Of a DNA stretch of 64,000 bases, positions 25,711 to 38,190 are shown piece by piece (the first letter of the stretch is position 1; each line of letters begins with the position of its first letter). Below the pieces are notes generated by a model. The model did no database searches. It was given only the letters and a program-made list of their open reading frames with translations, and was not told the DNA's origin. The stretch lies in assembly GCA_951406725.2 (NCBI GenBank), contig OX597816.1, positions 53,816,001 through 53,880,000 of the forward strand, given 5' to 3'. Origin of the DNA: Octopus vulgaris. Taxonomy: Eukaryota. The position numbers and the translations under genes are program-made.

Positions 25711-25806
25711 TTACTCAATAAATACAACTCCAACTGTACATGTTGAGTGCTCCTTCTGTTCATCTGTTTACTCGTATATATGATAAACATATGTATATAC
25801 ATACAC

Positions 25807-26045
25807 GTGGAGGCGCAATGGCCCAGTGGTTAGGGCAGCGGACTCGCGGTCGTAGGATCGTGGTTTCGATTCCCAGACCGGGCGTTGTGAGTGTTTATTG
25901 AGCGAAAACACCTAAAGCTCCACGAGGCTCCGGCAGGGGGTGGTGATCCCTGCTGTACTCTTTCACCACTCTTTCTTCTGTTGGCCTGCTCGCTTCATTC
26001 GAAGGCTAAAACAATGCGAACGCATTGTGACCAGCGATGTGATCA
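25807..26045 (+). mobile_element. SINE family C, 5' part
   Basis: Matches 21711-21890. Confidence 0.85.
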
Positions 26046-26624
26046 CGTGATATACATACATACACACACATGTATGTAGACATACATAAAGTGTGTGTGT
26101 GTGTATGCGTGCGTGTGTGTCACTGAGTCTCTTTTTTCCCGCATCACCGTTTGACAACCAGTGTTAGTGTGTTTACGTCCCCGGCAACTGATAGGATAAG
26201 TTCTAGGCTTAAGAAATAAGTGGTGGGGTCGATTTGTCCGACTAAAATCTAGCATGGCTGTAGTCAAATAACTGAAATAAGTAGAAAGAATGGCACCTTT
26301 GAGACCTTCAGGATTCGTTTTCCATGTTTCTTTTTTTTTTTTTTCATTTTATTCTTCAGATGAAATTTTGGGATACTTTCACGGAGTAATATGGGCTTCC
26401 AAACTCACTGTATCTATTAGTATTTAACGTCTACGACTACTAGAAGTTGTCATTCACGTTGTAAATTTCTCCGATGGCTATTGCAGTTCGATTCGAGCCA
26501 AAAATATCCTGTATGACATTATAAAATAAAAGGAAATATATTTCGAAGATGTACCAGTCTCCATATAGTCTATCGTTATAGCGCGCGCACACACACACAT
26601 CTGTTCATACATACGTTCTCGAAG

Positions 26625-26940
26625 CACGTATAGGATTATTCGAGAACGGGGTTGAGTGAGCAGTGTGGCCGCTGAGTGCTGGAGGCACTCAGCGATCACT
26701 AGGCTGGACGTGTCGCAACGTCCACAGAAAACAGGTGGACCCGTGCAGTCACCGAGTAGCATCTGAAAGATCGGAAAAGGCCACTTGGAAAGGCCTCCAC
26801 GATTATGGAAAGACGATTTGGTTATGAAATTTGGGTCAAGATGGGAAAGAATGGTTTGATCAAGACAGAATTAAAAGCACATTGAGACTAGCGGTTTATA
26901 ACAGCATCTGATTATCAGGTCGATACTGTGATTCTGTGAC
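26625..26940 (+). mobile_element. RTE-like LINE C-terminal fragment
   Basis: AGRVATSTENRWTRAVTE*...KRPLGRPPRLWKDDL-like degenerate reading. Confidence 0.6.
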
Positions 26941-27010
26941 ATACACACAGAGATAGCGGAGGTGGGTGTCGAAAGAGAAAGATTAATGAAGACCATCAAT
27001 TTATTTATTA

Positions 27011-27372
27011 CTAGCACTATGACCCGGCAATGCCGGGTCAGAGTGCTAGTGCATGCATATACAGCTGCGTGCGTGCGCACATACACGCGAGTACTGTCCA
27101 AATCTCCGACCAATCACATACAGCTAGCTGGCATTCAATTGGCGTATCAAGTTTCAGGCATTTTGATTGGATTTTGGATAGAAAATTCACAAAAGAGTCA
27201 CTTCTATTGATTTTTTAATGGTTTTGCGGGGTGACTGGGGAAATGTAAAGATGTGCACGACCACCCTTGGACGGTTTTGAATGACCATAGAAAGTGCAAG
27301 CTGAAAATTTGTGGATTTGTATAAAGGACACACACACACTCACACAGACATTTTGCCATTTATATATATAGA
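27011..27372 (-). mobile_element. Non-autonomous Helitron, family 1 (second copy)
   Basis: Reverse complement of 4283-4680 with hairpin and CTAG terminus. Confidence 0.85.
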
Positions 27373-27377
27373 GGTAA

Positions 27378-27606
27378 GGCGGCGAGATGGCAGAAACGTT
27401 AGCACGCCGGGCGAAATGCTCAGCAGTTTTTCGTCTGTCGTTACGTTCTGGGTTCAAACACCGCCGAGGTCGACTTTGCCTTTCATCCTTTCGGGGTCGA
27501 TAAATAAAGTACCAGTTACGCACTGGGGTCGATGTAGTTGACTTAATCCCTTTGTCTGTCTTTGTTTGTCCCCTCTATGTTTAGCCCCTTGTGGGCAATA
27601 AAGAAA
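27378..27606 (+). mobile_element. tRNA-derived SINE family B with ~18-bp TSD
   Basis: Head GGCGGCGAGATGGCAGAA...GGTTCAAACACC; TATATATATAGAGGTAAG at 27361-27378 and 27607-27624. Confidence 0.9.
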
Positions 27607-28104
27607 TATATATATAGAGGTAAGTATAATTTCGTTGGATACACCTGTATAGTGACTGCAGAAAACATGAACCAGTCACTCTTGGAACAGGTTCTTCAGC
27701 TTCAGTTCTTGTCTATGAAATGAAATATCTTAATAGAAAAAAAAAAGTTGTTTAACTTTGTAATCAACTCAAACAATGATTGAAACCTGTCGAGTCTTAA
27801 TGAATTCTTGTTTCTTAATTCAATTAATTTCCATGTCGTATAGAAAAAAAAGCTTTTACAGAATGGCAAAAGTGTGAAAAAGGGGAAAATAAAATTTGGT
27901 ATTTCTTTCTTTCTTTTTTTTTCAACGATGGAATAGTAATTTTGGAAGGGTCGTGAGGGTGGAATTCAGCAATTTGGGAAAACATGGATTAAAAGAAATA
28001 AAAATTTAAACACAAATTACAATATTTCATTATAATGCGTTTGAGAATAAAATTTCCTTATCTCTTTCTCTCGCTATATATATATATATATATATATATA
28101 TCGC

Positions 28105-28295
28105 GTGTGTACTGTTGGCGATTTTTTTCCTCCGTCTTCCCTTCTTTGGATCTTTCCTTTTCCTATGTTTCTGACGAAGAGCTCCGCTCGAAACGTTAGA
28201 TCCTCCTTCTTTCCTGAGCGTCCAATAATACTATACTTGTTCCACGTCCTCGCGTTGTGGTGTTTTCTCTTTGTGTTTTCATTTTTGGATTAACT
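28105..28295 (+). mobile_element. Penelope-like terminal-repeat remnant with hammerhead-like core
   Basis: CTGACGA-A-GAGCTCCGCTC-GAAACGTT at 28171-28197; sits between (TA)n tracts. Confidence 0.6.
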
Positions 28296-28324
28296 TTATA
28301 TATATATATATTTTTTTTTTTTTC

Positions 28325-29502
28325 TTGTTTCAGCTCAGAGCTGCGGCCATGCTGATACACCGCCGTTTTGTGCTACACTGTTATTACGAAGAACCTCCTC
28401 TAATATGTGGAACTTGGTGAAGAATGGAGTTTGATATAGCTACTCTCATTTGCACCTCTTGCCGTGAGGTAGGTTCATCTGGGACTCTCGACAGGAAGAT
28501 GTCCAGCTTTGATTTAAAAACCGCTACATCTACTTTGTGCAAGTTCCTCAGACTCTCTGGGAGAATATTAAAAGCTGCGGGCCCTTGAAACCCAGGCTGT
28601 TGCAGAAGCTGGTCCTGAAGCGTGATGGCATTGCTGGGATCTTTGGCACTATGCAGTGTCGTCCCGTTCTAGCATTGGTGTAGCTTACAATGCCAAAATT
28701 TGGCACAATTCCTGCTAGGATCTTCCAGACATATATTACTGCATACCTCTCACGTCTTCTCTCCAGGTAGTAGAGTCTTAGCTGTTTCAACCTTTCCCAG
28801 TAGCTGAGCTGCAAAGAGACTATCTTCTTTGTGAATCTTCTCTGGATTGCTTCAAGGTCCGCTGTTAATTTCACACTGGTGGGTGACCATAGCTGTGAGC
28901 AGTAATCCAGGCGGCGGAGGACGAATGTCCGCCAGAGGACCATCATGGTTTCCTTATCTCTGGTTCTGAATGTTCTTAGGATCCATCCAGCCAGTCGTCT
29001 GCACTTTGTCGCCATCCTGGTAATGTGCACTTGGAAAGAGGTATCCTCACTCATGTCGATACCCAGCTCCCTCACAGACTTAGGCTCTGGGATTGAAATT
29101 CCCTGTGGACCGGTGTATCCTGTAAGTTTAATATTCAGTTTTGGATGCTGGTAGCGCGGGGCCTGGAATTTTTCAGCATTAAATTGCATATTATTATCCT
29201 CAGCCCATCTGTAGATTGAGTCCAACTCCTGCTGCAGGTGTGCAACATCACTGGGGTTCTGTATTTTCTGCGAGACTTTCGTATCTTTGGCATTATGCAG
29301 TGTCGTCCCGTTCTAGCATTGGTGTAGCTTACAATGCCAAAATTTGGCACAATTCCTTCCAGGATCTTCCGGACATATATTACTGCATACCTCGCCCGTC
29401 TTCTCTCCAGGGAGTAAAGTCTTAGCTGTTTCAACTTTTCCCAGTGGTTGAGCTGTTGCAAAGAGACGATCTTCTTTGTGAATCTTCTCTGGGTTGCTTC
29501 AA
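28325..29502 (-). mobile_element. CR1/L2-type LINE 3' portion with a duplicated segment
   Basis: ORF 28548-29225 (WAEDNNMQFNAEKFQ, RELGI, LDYCSQLWSP, LERRRERY); tail GGCGGTGTATCAGCATGGCCGCAGCTCTGAGCTGAAACAAG. Confidence 0.9.
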
Positions 29503-29899
29503 AAGCGGTGGTTGCTGATGCGGGTTGGAAGAAACGTTTGAAAAACATGAATTTTAAAATATCTTTTGAAGGCTTCCTCCAGTTGTTTTGAAATGTGGGA
29601 TACAAAAGAAAAATATTAGAAAGATCCCGAAGAAAAAAAAAAAAAAAAAAAGGAGAAATTTCAACTTATGAGGAATAACTATAGCAAAAGTTCACCAAAC
29701 AAATTGTTCGTAATGTGAAGAAAACACTTGAGATGGCGGTGCTGGGTTCAATTTCCAGGTGACGTAAATTCACTTCATCTCTGTCCTTGGGAAAAGGTAT
29801 CAACATTATCATATCTCAATTCCTCTAAAATAGAGTGACTTTCTTCCACTTCACCACCTAAATATAGGAACTTTTCTGATCCTTCCCTAAAATGATACA

Positions 29900-30477
29900 T
29901 TGAATGTCGGTGTGAACGTGTATGCGCGCGCGCGAGCGAGCGTGCGTGTGTGCTTTCGCATGTGTACAAATACACTCAGACCCCAGATCGCCAGACATAA
30001 CACTTTCCCCGCTCCGTCTACAGCGCACAGATACAGTTCCTCTCCCTTCATATTGCACTCTCTCCCTCTCACAGTCACTTCCTCCTTCACAGACGTAACC
30101 TCCTCCTCCCCTCTCTACCGACGCAGACGCATTCCCCCCTCCTTTCCTTATCACCCGACAGACTCTTCCCCTCCTCCCTTAACATTGACACTGCCTCCTT
30201 CCTTCTCCCCCTCACCATAACACTGACATTCTCCCCCCCTTCTCCTCTCTACATCACTGTCATAGTCTCCTTCCTCCTCTCACTACTACACTGACTGTCG
30301 CTCCCCCCCCTCCACCGCTTTCTCTTCAATTCAAGCTGACACTGTCTTCAGTCTTCTTTCTCCCCCTCGCTACAGCACGTGGCCACTACTCCTACTACTC
30401 CAACACCCCCACCTCCGTGTTGGTGTGTGCGCGTGCGTGTGTCATTCACATCTCCAGCTTCCAAGTCTCTAGAAACC
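29900..30477 (+). promoter_or_regulatory. Putative promoter and non-coding first exon of a host gene
   Basis: Unique, CpG-containing, C/T-rich sequence ending at a strong donor AAACC|GTAAGT (GT at 30478); candidate acceptors at 31775 and 31812. Inference only. Confidence 0.4.
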
Positions 30478-31194
30478 GTAAGTTTTACACTTTTAACCCG
30501 TTCATGTTTTTCTCTTCGGTTATTTTTATGGAAATTGTCCATGTTGTGATTATATATATGTATATATGTTGTTGTATTTCACGTTACGTTCTGTGTTCAA
30601 ATCCCGGCTTTCATTCATCCAGGGGTCGATAAAATAAAGTACCAGTCAACTACATCGGCCAAATACTATCGACTTCTCTCTCTCTCTTCTGCCTAATTAG
30701 AAACAACAGTTTTTTTTTTGTTGTGTTGTTTCCCAGTTCAAATCCTACCAAATCCTACATCAACTACAAAACAAACCTCGAGGATACGTGCTCGTTCAAT
30801 TTATAAAAAAAAAAAATAGTTGCTGAATTTACTTCAAATTACTCCTTGAATTTCTTGAAATGACAGGCACTACAGGAAAAAGATAGGATAGTCGTGGCTG
30901 GAACCCCTACACCGTTCTCAGTTTTAAACTAGAACAGTTCAATGTTTTTTTCTGATGTTATTATTGTACCACGACTATGACGGCTGCAGGTCGTTGACCT
31001 GCACTCATTTCGAAACCGCTTTGTTTTCAACCTGTTCTTTGCCGCCTCTTGTTATTTTTAACCTTACTCTTATTTATTAAATCCTTCTGCTAATTAAATT
31101 TCAGTCGTAATTTTCTTATTTGCAGAATTATTTCTACTTGTAATTATTTATTTTTCATTATTAAAAACCTATTTCCCTCTAAACACTCTCACAT

Positions 31195-31680
31195 GCGCTC
31201 TCTCTCTTTCTGTCTGTCCCCCTCTCTCTCTCTGTCTTCTATCTATTTCTTCTGGATATCTCCTTCTCTCTATTTGCCCCTTTTTGTCTCCCTCCCTCTA
31301 ATCTCTCTCTCTGACTTCTATCTATTTCTTCTGGATATCTCCCTCTCTCTATTTATCCCTTTTTGTCTCCCTCTCTTTCTGTCTGTCCCCCTCTTTCTCT
31401 GTCTTCTATCTATTTCTTCTGGATATCTCCCTCTCTCTATTTGTCCCTTTTTGTCTCCCTCTCTCTTTCTGTCTGTCCCCCTCTCTCTGTGTCTTCTATC
31501 TATTTCTTCTGGATATCTCCCTCTCTCTAATCTCTCTCGCTTTCTGTCTGTGCCCCTCTCTCTCTCTGTCTTCTATCTATTTCTTCTGAATGTCTCCCTC
31601 TCTCTATTTGTCCCTTTCTCTCTCTCTCTCTCTCTGTTTCTTTGTGTCTCCTCTCTCATTCTCACCTTTCGCTATCTCTC
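31195..31680. repeat. Pyrimidine-rich minisatellite, ~75-85-bp unit, about 5-6 copies
   Basis: Recurring TCTTCTATCTATTTCTTCTGGATATCTCCCTCTCTCTATTTG. Confidence 0.85.
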
Positions 31681-32562
31681 TGACCCTTATTAAGTCTACA
31701 TTTCTAAACATTTCTCATCCCTCAGTTGTTTCCCCATTTTGTTTCCATAACAAAACCCTTTTTTTTTCCCCTCAGATATTGGTTCCTTGTTTTGCATTCT
31801 CTCTTTTCACAGTGACAGGTGCCACAGTCGATTTTGCCACTAAACCATTTCACGATACGATTTCGATTTCCAGTTAAATCTCGAGTATCTAAATATCAAT
31901 ATAAAAGGCAAAAACAAAACATGACAATTTCTCGTTTTCTTTACAAAATTCGAAGTTCCTCTGTTTAAACATTCTTTAATTAAATAACCGAATGCAAACG
32001 ATTCGGAAATGCTGCTGAAAAAAGAGATTAGTCTCCGACAGCGTTGGACGCGAAAGAATTGTTTATATTTGAAGTAGTTTCAGATGGACTCGAAACCTTC
32101 ACAACCTTCGCTATCACTCTAATAATTGTTTATGCTTTGTTCTTCATTAGTTCTTAATTGGAGTGGCGAGTCTAAAAACTATGAAAACAATTCCAAAATA
32201 AATTAGTTTTCTGTTTCCTTGTTCTTTATTATAAAACGGTTGTGGACATGTTGACAAATCTCGCTACACGCCAAGTTGTCAAGGAAAAAAGGTATCTTTG
32301 TTGTATATGATAAAACCTCTCTATCCCCTTAGTAGTTTCCCCTTTTTTTTTTTTTTATTAAACCACGTCATTCATTAAGAAACAGCACAGTTTCTTTTTC
32401 GCTTTCCTTTTAATCTTCATTATGTTTGTTTGATATTTTCATATAGCTTAATCTTTTGGTTGGTATCCGACATTATTAGGGATTTAGGCGCTTTTTATTG
32501 TTCTCTCTCCACGTGCCGAACTCTTAGATCTAATTACTATTCCCTGTTAACACACATTAGAA

Positions 32563-32744
32563 ATGCATATATGTCACAACAGCACTGACGTAGCTAGAGA
32601 GTGTGTGCCACCTTGGGCGCCCCCCTCTGTTAGCCGACCCCGGGCACCCACAAGAAATACATCTTGCCCACTGCAGACCCGAAAGTGGTACCGCCTCCAT
32701 AAAAGTGCCGTCCAGGGCGGACTTCTTCCTCTAACCCTCTCCAG
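32563..32744 (+). CDS. Putative first coding exon of a host gene (MHICHNSTDVARECVPPWAPP...GLLPLTLS)
   Basis: GC-rich unique ORF in AT-rich surroundings, ends at donor CCAG|GTACGC in phase 2, which is compatible with the exon at 57535. Confidence 0.5.
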
Positions 32745-34205
32745 GTACGCTTGTGCAAAACACTCCATTTCTATGCTTTTTTGAAATAGGAGCTTGCGGT
32801 GTTATTGTAAAGACAGAGAATCGAAATCAAGAGACCATGACCTTAATTCTAAAATAACAATAAAGTGATTTTTAGAATTTCGCACACGTATTAAGATTTA
32901 CTTGGTTTATAACTGGGTTTGAACAATTTTACCCATGTCACTAATTCCATTTGAGCATGGCATCAACATCACAAATTCTCGTTCATAAATCTGTTGATGC
33001 AAAAAAAATATTTCATTTTTACATCTTTCATACATTTCAAATTGTAGATAAGTGTTTTCAGAAAGGTTTCAAAGATGGATGAAGTTCATCTTTTAGGAAA
33101 CGGTGGGGGTGGTGGTGGGGGGAGAACCTGACGTTTGGGGATTGACCTGGCGTTCCTTTGGTATTTATCTAAAGAGTGTCAGTGTGAGGAAATGACACTC
33201 TCTTTTTCGGCCTCTTTGTCATAATGTTGTGTACCATCAAATTGTTGCTACTGAGCCTTTATCTCAGATCTTCAACTCAGAGAATGATCCCTGTTTTTAA
33301 TCAATAAGCTTTAAGGATCTTAACATATGTTTGCTTTCTTTCCGTAATTGTGGTTTTATTATTAAGCGAATTTTTTTTTTAAAGATAAGTGGGACTTTGA
33401 ACTATATCTTTCACAATATTTAGTTCCATTCTTTTACATTTTGTCCATGGTTTACTTTTTGACTTTTGTCTCTCTGAAGGCAATGCCATTCATATCACTA
33501 ATCTGGTACAACTCATAGCCTAAGGATGCCATCTTCAATGGATATCAAGAGACAACCTTTTCCAATGATCCAGGATGGCATTTGAGTGTTGCTGGGTCAT
33601 GTGATTCTGTTGGCAGACAATTTGGTGATACATATTTCCTATTCACATTGGTCATTAGCTTTCTCGTCCCTTATTTAACCCCCCTGCTAAACTTGGTGGG
33701 TTGGTTGGTTTAATCATCAACCACAAGGCAGTTTGTACTGGCTTAACATGTTACTAAACAGAGTATTTGACCATTTATTTTACCGCCACCAGTTCAATGG
33801 TTTCTACTTTGCTGCTCCTCTGCAAAATTGAGATCTTGCAACACAGTCTCTTCCGTTGGGTATCTAACAGGTTAACCATTATCCAGTACCAAATACTTAA
33901 AGAGGCACACTTTATTGACAGTTGCATCTCTTTTGTTCCCTTAATTCCTTGCAAAGGGTTAGTTGCGAATGGACCTTGCAAGAAGTGATTTCAGTGTGTG
34001 TGTGTGTCTTATTTCAGCCTAGAATGTGGCCATGCTGGGGCACTACCTCAAAGTCTTTTAGTCAAATGAATCGACCCAAGTGCTTATTTTGTAAGCATGG
34101 CACTTTATCACTCACTTTTGTCAAATCAATAAGTTATGGGGGTGTAAACATTCCATTGCTAGTCAAAAAGTGGTGATAGGGGACGAACACACATGCACAA
34201 ACATA

Positions 34206-35312
34206 TTGGATCATCCCATAAATAATGCATTTTTTCAATTGCATGTAGTAAAAGTCAGAGGGGGGGGGTTAAACTACCTGCATCAACTTGCTATAAAAGC
34301 TGGTAGTAATTTTACCTTGTGCTTATTCTTAGTGCAAGTTTTGAAGAGTGCAGTTCAAGTTTAACAGTTATTTTTTTTAAAGCTATAATGGAAGTGGCAA
34401 AAGAACATATTCGGCATATTTTGCTTTATGAGTTCAATAAAGGCAACAACGCAACAGAAAGTGCAAAGACTATTAATACAGTATATGGGGCTCAGGCAAT
34501 AAGCATAAGCCAGTGTCAACGGTAGTTCCAGAGATGCCAAGCTAGAAACTACAGTCAAGAATATCTATAGAACTCAATGAGGACATCGTAATTGTTGAGG
34601 AACTAGCAGAAAAGCTTGGATTTGGTCATTCAACCATTCATCGACTCCTGTGGGCAATCGGAAAAGTCAGCAAATTGGGTCAATGGGTTGCTCACAAATT
34701 TTCCGAGTTTAATCGCATGCTGAGAATAAGTGTGTGCTGTTCTTTGCTGTCATGTCTCACAAGTGGACCATTTTTAGACCGAATAGTGACTGGTGAAAAG
34801 AAATGGATTCTGTATAAAAATATCAAGTGCTGAAGACAGTGGGTAAGGAAAGGAGAAACACCAGCACTCCAGGCTAAAGAAGGTCTTCGCCCATGTATGG
34901 TGCTGTTATCTGTTTGGTGGGAAGTGAAAGGTTTAGTATACTTTGAACTTTTAAACCCAAATTAATCAATAACAAAGATCTACTGTAAGTCAGTGCTAGA
35001 AGCAAAATGACCATCTTTGGTTCCAAGACGAAAGGTGTTCTTCCATCAGGATAATACTTGACCACATACAGCGAGGATGATGTTCCAAAGGCTGGAGCAG
35101 TTTGAATGGGAGACGATATCCCACCCACCATATTCATTGGACATTGCTCCATCTGATTGTCATTCATTCTGCAGTCTTCAAAATTATTTGGATAGTGAAA
35201 ATATGAATTCTGCAGACAAGGTCAGAACAGTAATGGAGGAGTATTTTTCGCCACGGACAAGTGAATGTTTTGAAATAGAGGCATTAAAAGAGCATTGTAG
35301 AAAATTAAGGAG
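34206..35312 (+). mobile_element. Mariner (DD34D-type) transposon, degraded and 3'-truncated
   Basis: TA|TTGGATCATCCCATAAATAATGC TIR; MEVAKEHIRHILLYEF, WVAHK, IVTGEKKW, FHQDN, HPPYSLDIAPSD with stops. Confidence 0.9.
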
Positions 35313-35904
35313 TTTAGCCCCTTGTGGGTAATAAAGAAATATATATATGTGTGTATATTTGTGTCTGGGTGTGTGTCTGTTTGTACCCCCACCACCACCA
35401 TCGCTGTCCCTGTAACTTAACTATTTGGCAAAATACACCAATAGAATAAGTAGTAGGCTTACAAAGAATAAATCCTGGGGTTGATTTCTTCAACTAAAGG
35501 TGGTGCTCCAGCATGGCTGCAGTCACATACATGACCATCTCCACTCACTATGGCTTCTCTTGCTACTCAGTTACTACCATTTCTGTTGTCTTCAGCACCC
35601 TCCACAATGCCCACTTCCAGCACATTTATAGAACTCTTTACTCTCATGTTTTCCTGCCTGCTTTGCATGCAATTCTTTCCAACGCAGCGTTTCTTGGACG
35701 CCCAGTTATGCATTGCTAAGCTAAGATATTCTCTCGTTTTTTTTATCTTGTCATGCACTCATCCACCATCGCTACTAATACTTAATGTGTATTATTTACT
35801 ACTTACTATTTACTAATACCCACTTTCATAAGCTAATTATTCAAATTGTCCCTTCAATATATAACTTCCTATCTCTCTCTCTCAGCCTTCATGTCTAAAT
35901 GAAA

Positions 35905-36740
35905 TCTCTCACCAGATATCTCTCTCTCTTCTCCCACCACCACCACCACTGGATATCTCTCTCTCTTCTTCCACCACTATCATTGGATATCTCTCTTTCT
36001 CTCTTCTCCCATCACCATCATCGGATCTCTCTCTCTCTCTCTCTTCTCCCACCACCATTTCTAAATGAAATCTTTCCTCCTCACCCCTGTTCTTATGTTG
36101 GTTACATATTTTATATACCAACTCTCTAAATTAACCCTTGCTTGTTCATGGTGCACCTGATAATGAATATCCATCCCTCTCTCTCTCTCTCTTCTCCCAC
36201 CACCATCACCAGATATCTCTCTCTCTTCTCCCACCACCATCACCAGATATCTCTCTCTCTTCTCCCACCACCATCACCGGATATCTCTCTCTCTTCTTCC
36301 ATCACCACCACTGGATCTCTCTCTTCTCCCACCACCATCACCGGATATCTCTCTCTCTCTTCTCCCACCGCCGTCACCGGATATCTCTCTCTCTCTTCTC
36401 CCACCGCCGTCACCGGATAACTCTCTCTCTCTCTTCTCCCACCGCCGTCACCGGATAACTCTCTCTCTCTCTTCTCCCACCGCCATCACCGGATATCTCT
36501 CTCTCTTCTCCCACCGCTGTCACCGGATATCTCTCTCTCTTCTACCACCATCACCAGATATCTCTCTCTCTCTTCTCCCACCATCACCACCGAAAATCTC
36601 TCTCTCTTCTCCCACTGCCATCAGTGAATATCTCTCTCTCTCTTCTCCCACCGCCATCACCGGATATCTCTCTTTCTCTTCTCCCACCGCCATCACCGGA
36701 TATCTTTCTCTTCTCCCACCACCATCAGCGGATATCTCTC
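35905..36740. repeat. Minisatellite, ~32-35-bp unit (CCACCACCATCACCGGATATCTCTCTCTCTCTTCTC)
   Basis: About 20 units visible, interrupted at ~36060-36170. Confidence 0.9.
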
Positions 36741-37789
36741 TTATTGGAAACCCCCTCCCTCACTGGTAGTACTCTCTGTCATACCTGCAATCTCCCCCCC
36801 TCTCTCCCTCCCAGGAGAAATGTAACTAGTTTAGCTGCGCACCTACTTAATCAGCTATCTTTCGTTTTTCACTCAAAATCTGCCAACAAACTACTCGGTA
36901 ATTTCCGTGGATGTATCAAATTGGAAATAGAAAGTTAATAGGGCTCTATGTGTGTGCTTCTTGTCTGTGTCCACGTGCTTGTTCTTATGTATGGGTATGC
37001 TTGTTCCTCTCCTCTCATTGACCCCACCTCCCACACTGGTGATGTCTTCTATCATACCTGCAATTTCCTCTTCCTTTCTCTCTCCCCAGGACAAATGCAA
37101 CTAGTTTAGCTAGCCACCTTCTTAATCTAACATTGGCATATTGATATTCATATTCTCCTTTATCTATCTTTATTGATTTCCTTACTTATATCTGCAACAC
37201 CAGCAAAGCTTACATTTATGTTTTTACAATGTCCATGATGCTTATACTTACAACGCTGCTAACACCTACTCCTACCGCCTGTAGGGGTAACAATCTTAAC
37301 ATGCCTGAATGTCTGAATGATGACAGGTCGAAAGTGAGAAGAGGTGTAGCACAGAAACCATCTTTTCAGTCTGTGAATAATATCTCCTCTCCCCATGCCT
37401 CCTCCTACATTCCTTTCCCAGTTTTTAGAGTTGGCGCTGTCAATGTAGGCACACAGAAAGGTGAGATTCTAGAGATGCTTGAAAGGAGACATGTTGATGT
37501 GTGTGGCATACAAAAGGTAAGGTGTAGAGGAGCTTCAGCCAGGGTCCTCACAGGCAAGGCACTTAGGTATAAAATCTTCTGGGAAGGTAACAATGATGGA
37601 GTAGGGGGTGTAGGCAGACTCATCATCATCATCATCATCATTTAACGTCTGCTTTCCATGCTAGCATGGGTTGGACGGTTCAACTGGTGTCTGGGGAGCC
37701 CGAAGGCTGCACGAGGCCAGTCAGATCTGGCAGTGTTTCTACAGCTGGATGCCCTTCCTAACGCCAACCACTCCGAGAGTGTAGTGGGT

Positions 37790-38190
37790 GATTTTATGTG
37801 CCACCGACACAGGTGCCAGACGAGGCTGGCGAACGGCCACGCTTGGAAGGTGTTTTTATGTGCCACCGACACAGGTGCCAGACAAGGCTAGCAGACGACC
37901 ACGCTCGGATGGTGTTTTTTATGTGCCACCGACACAGGTGCCAGACGAGGCTGGCGAACGGCCACGCTCGGATGGTGTTTTTATGTGCCACACGAGGCTG
38001 GCGAACGGCCACGCTCGGATGGTGTTTTTATGTGCCACCGACACAGGTGCCAGACAAGGCTAGCAGACGACCACGCTCGGATGGTGTTTTTATGTGCCAC
38101 CGACACAGGTGCCAGACGAGGCTGGCGAACGGCCACGCTCGGATGGTGTTTTTATGTGCCACCGACACAGGAGCCAGATTAGGCTGGCGA
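37790..38190. repeat. ~62-bp tandem array in the RTE 3'UTR (6-7 units)
   Basis: Unit GTGTTTTTATGTGCCACCGACACAGGTGCCAGACGAGGCTGGCGAACGGCCACGCTCGGATG in two variants. Confidence 0.9.

Noticed and set aside
36138-36938. His/Pro/Ser-rich ORFs
   Set aside because: They are translations of the ~33-bp minisatellite.
37790-38190. CRISPR-like regular array
   Set aside because: There are no unique spacers; these are contiguous tandem units in a LINE 3'UTR, in a eukaryotic context with no cas genes.
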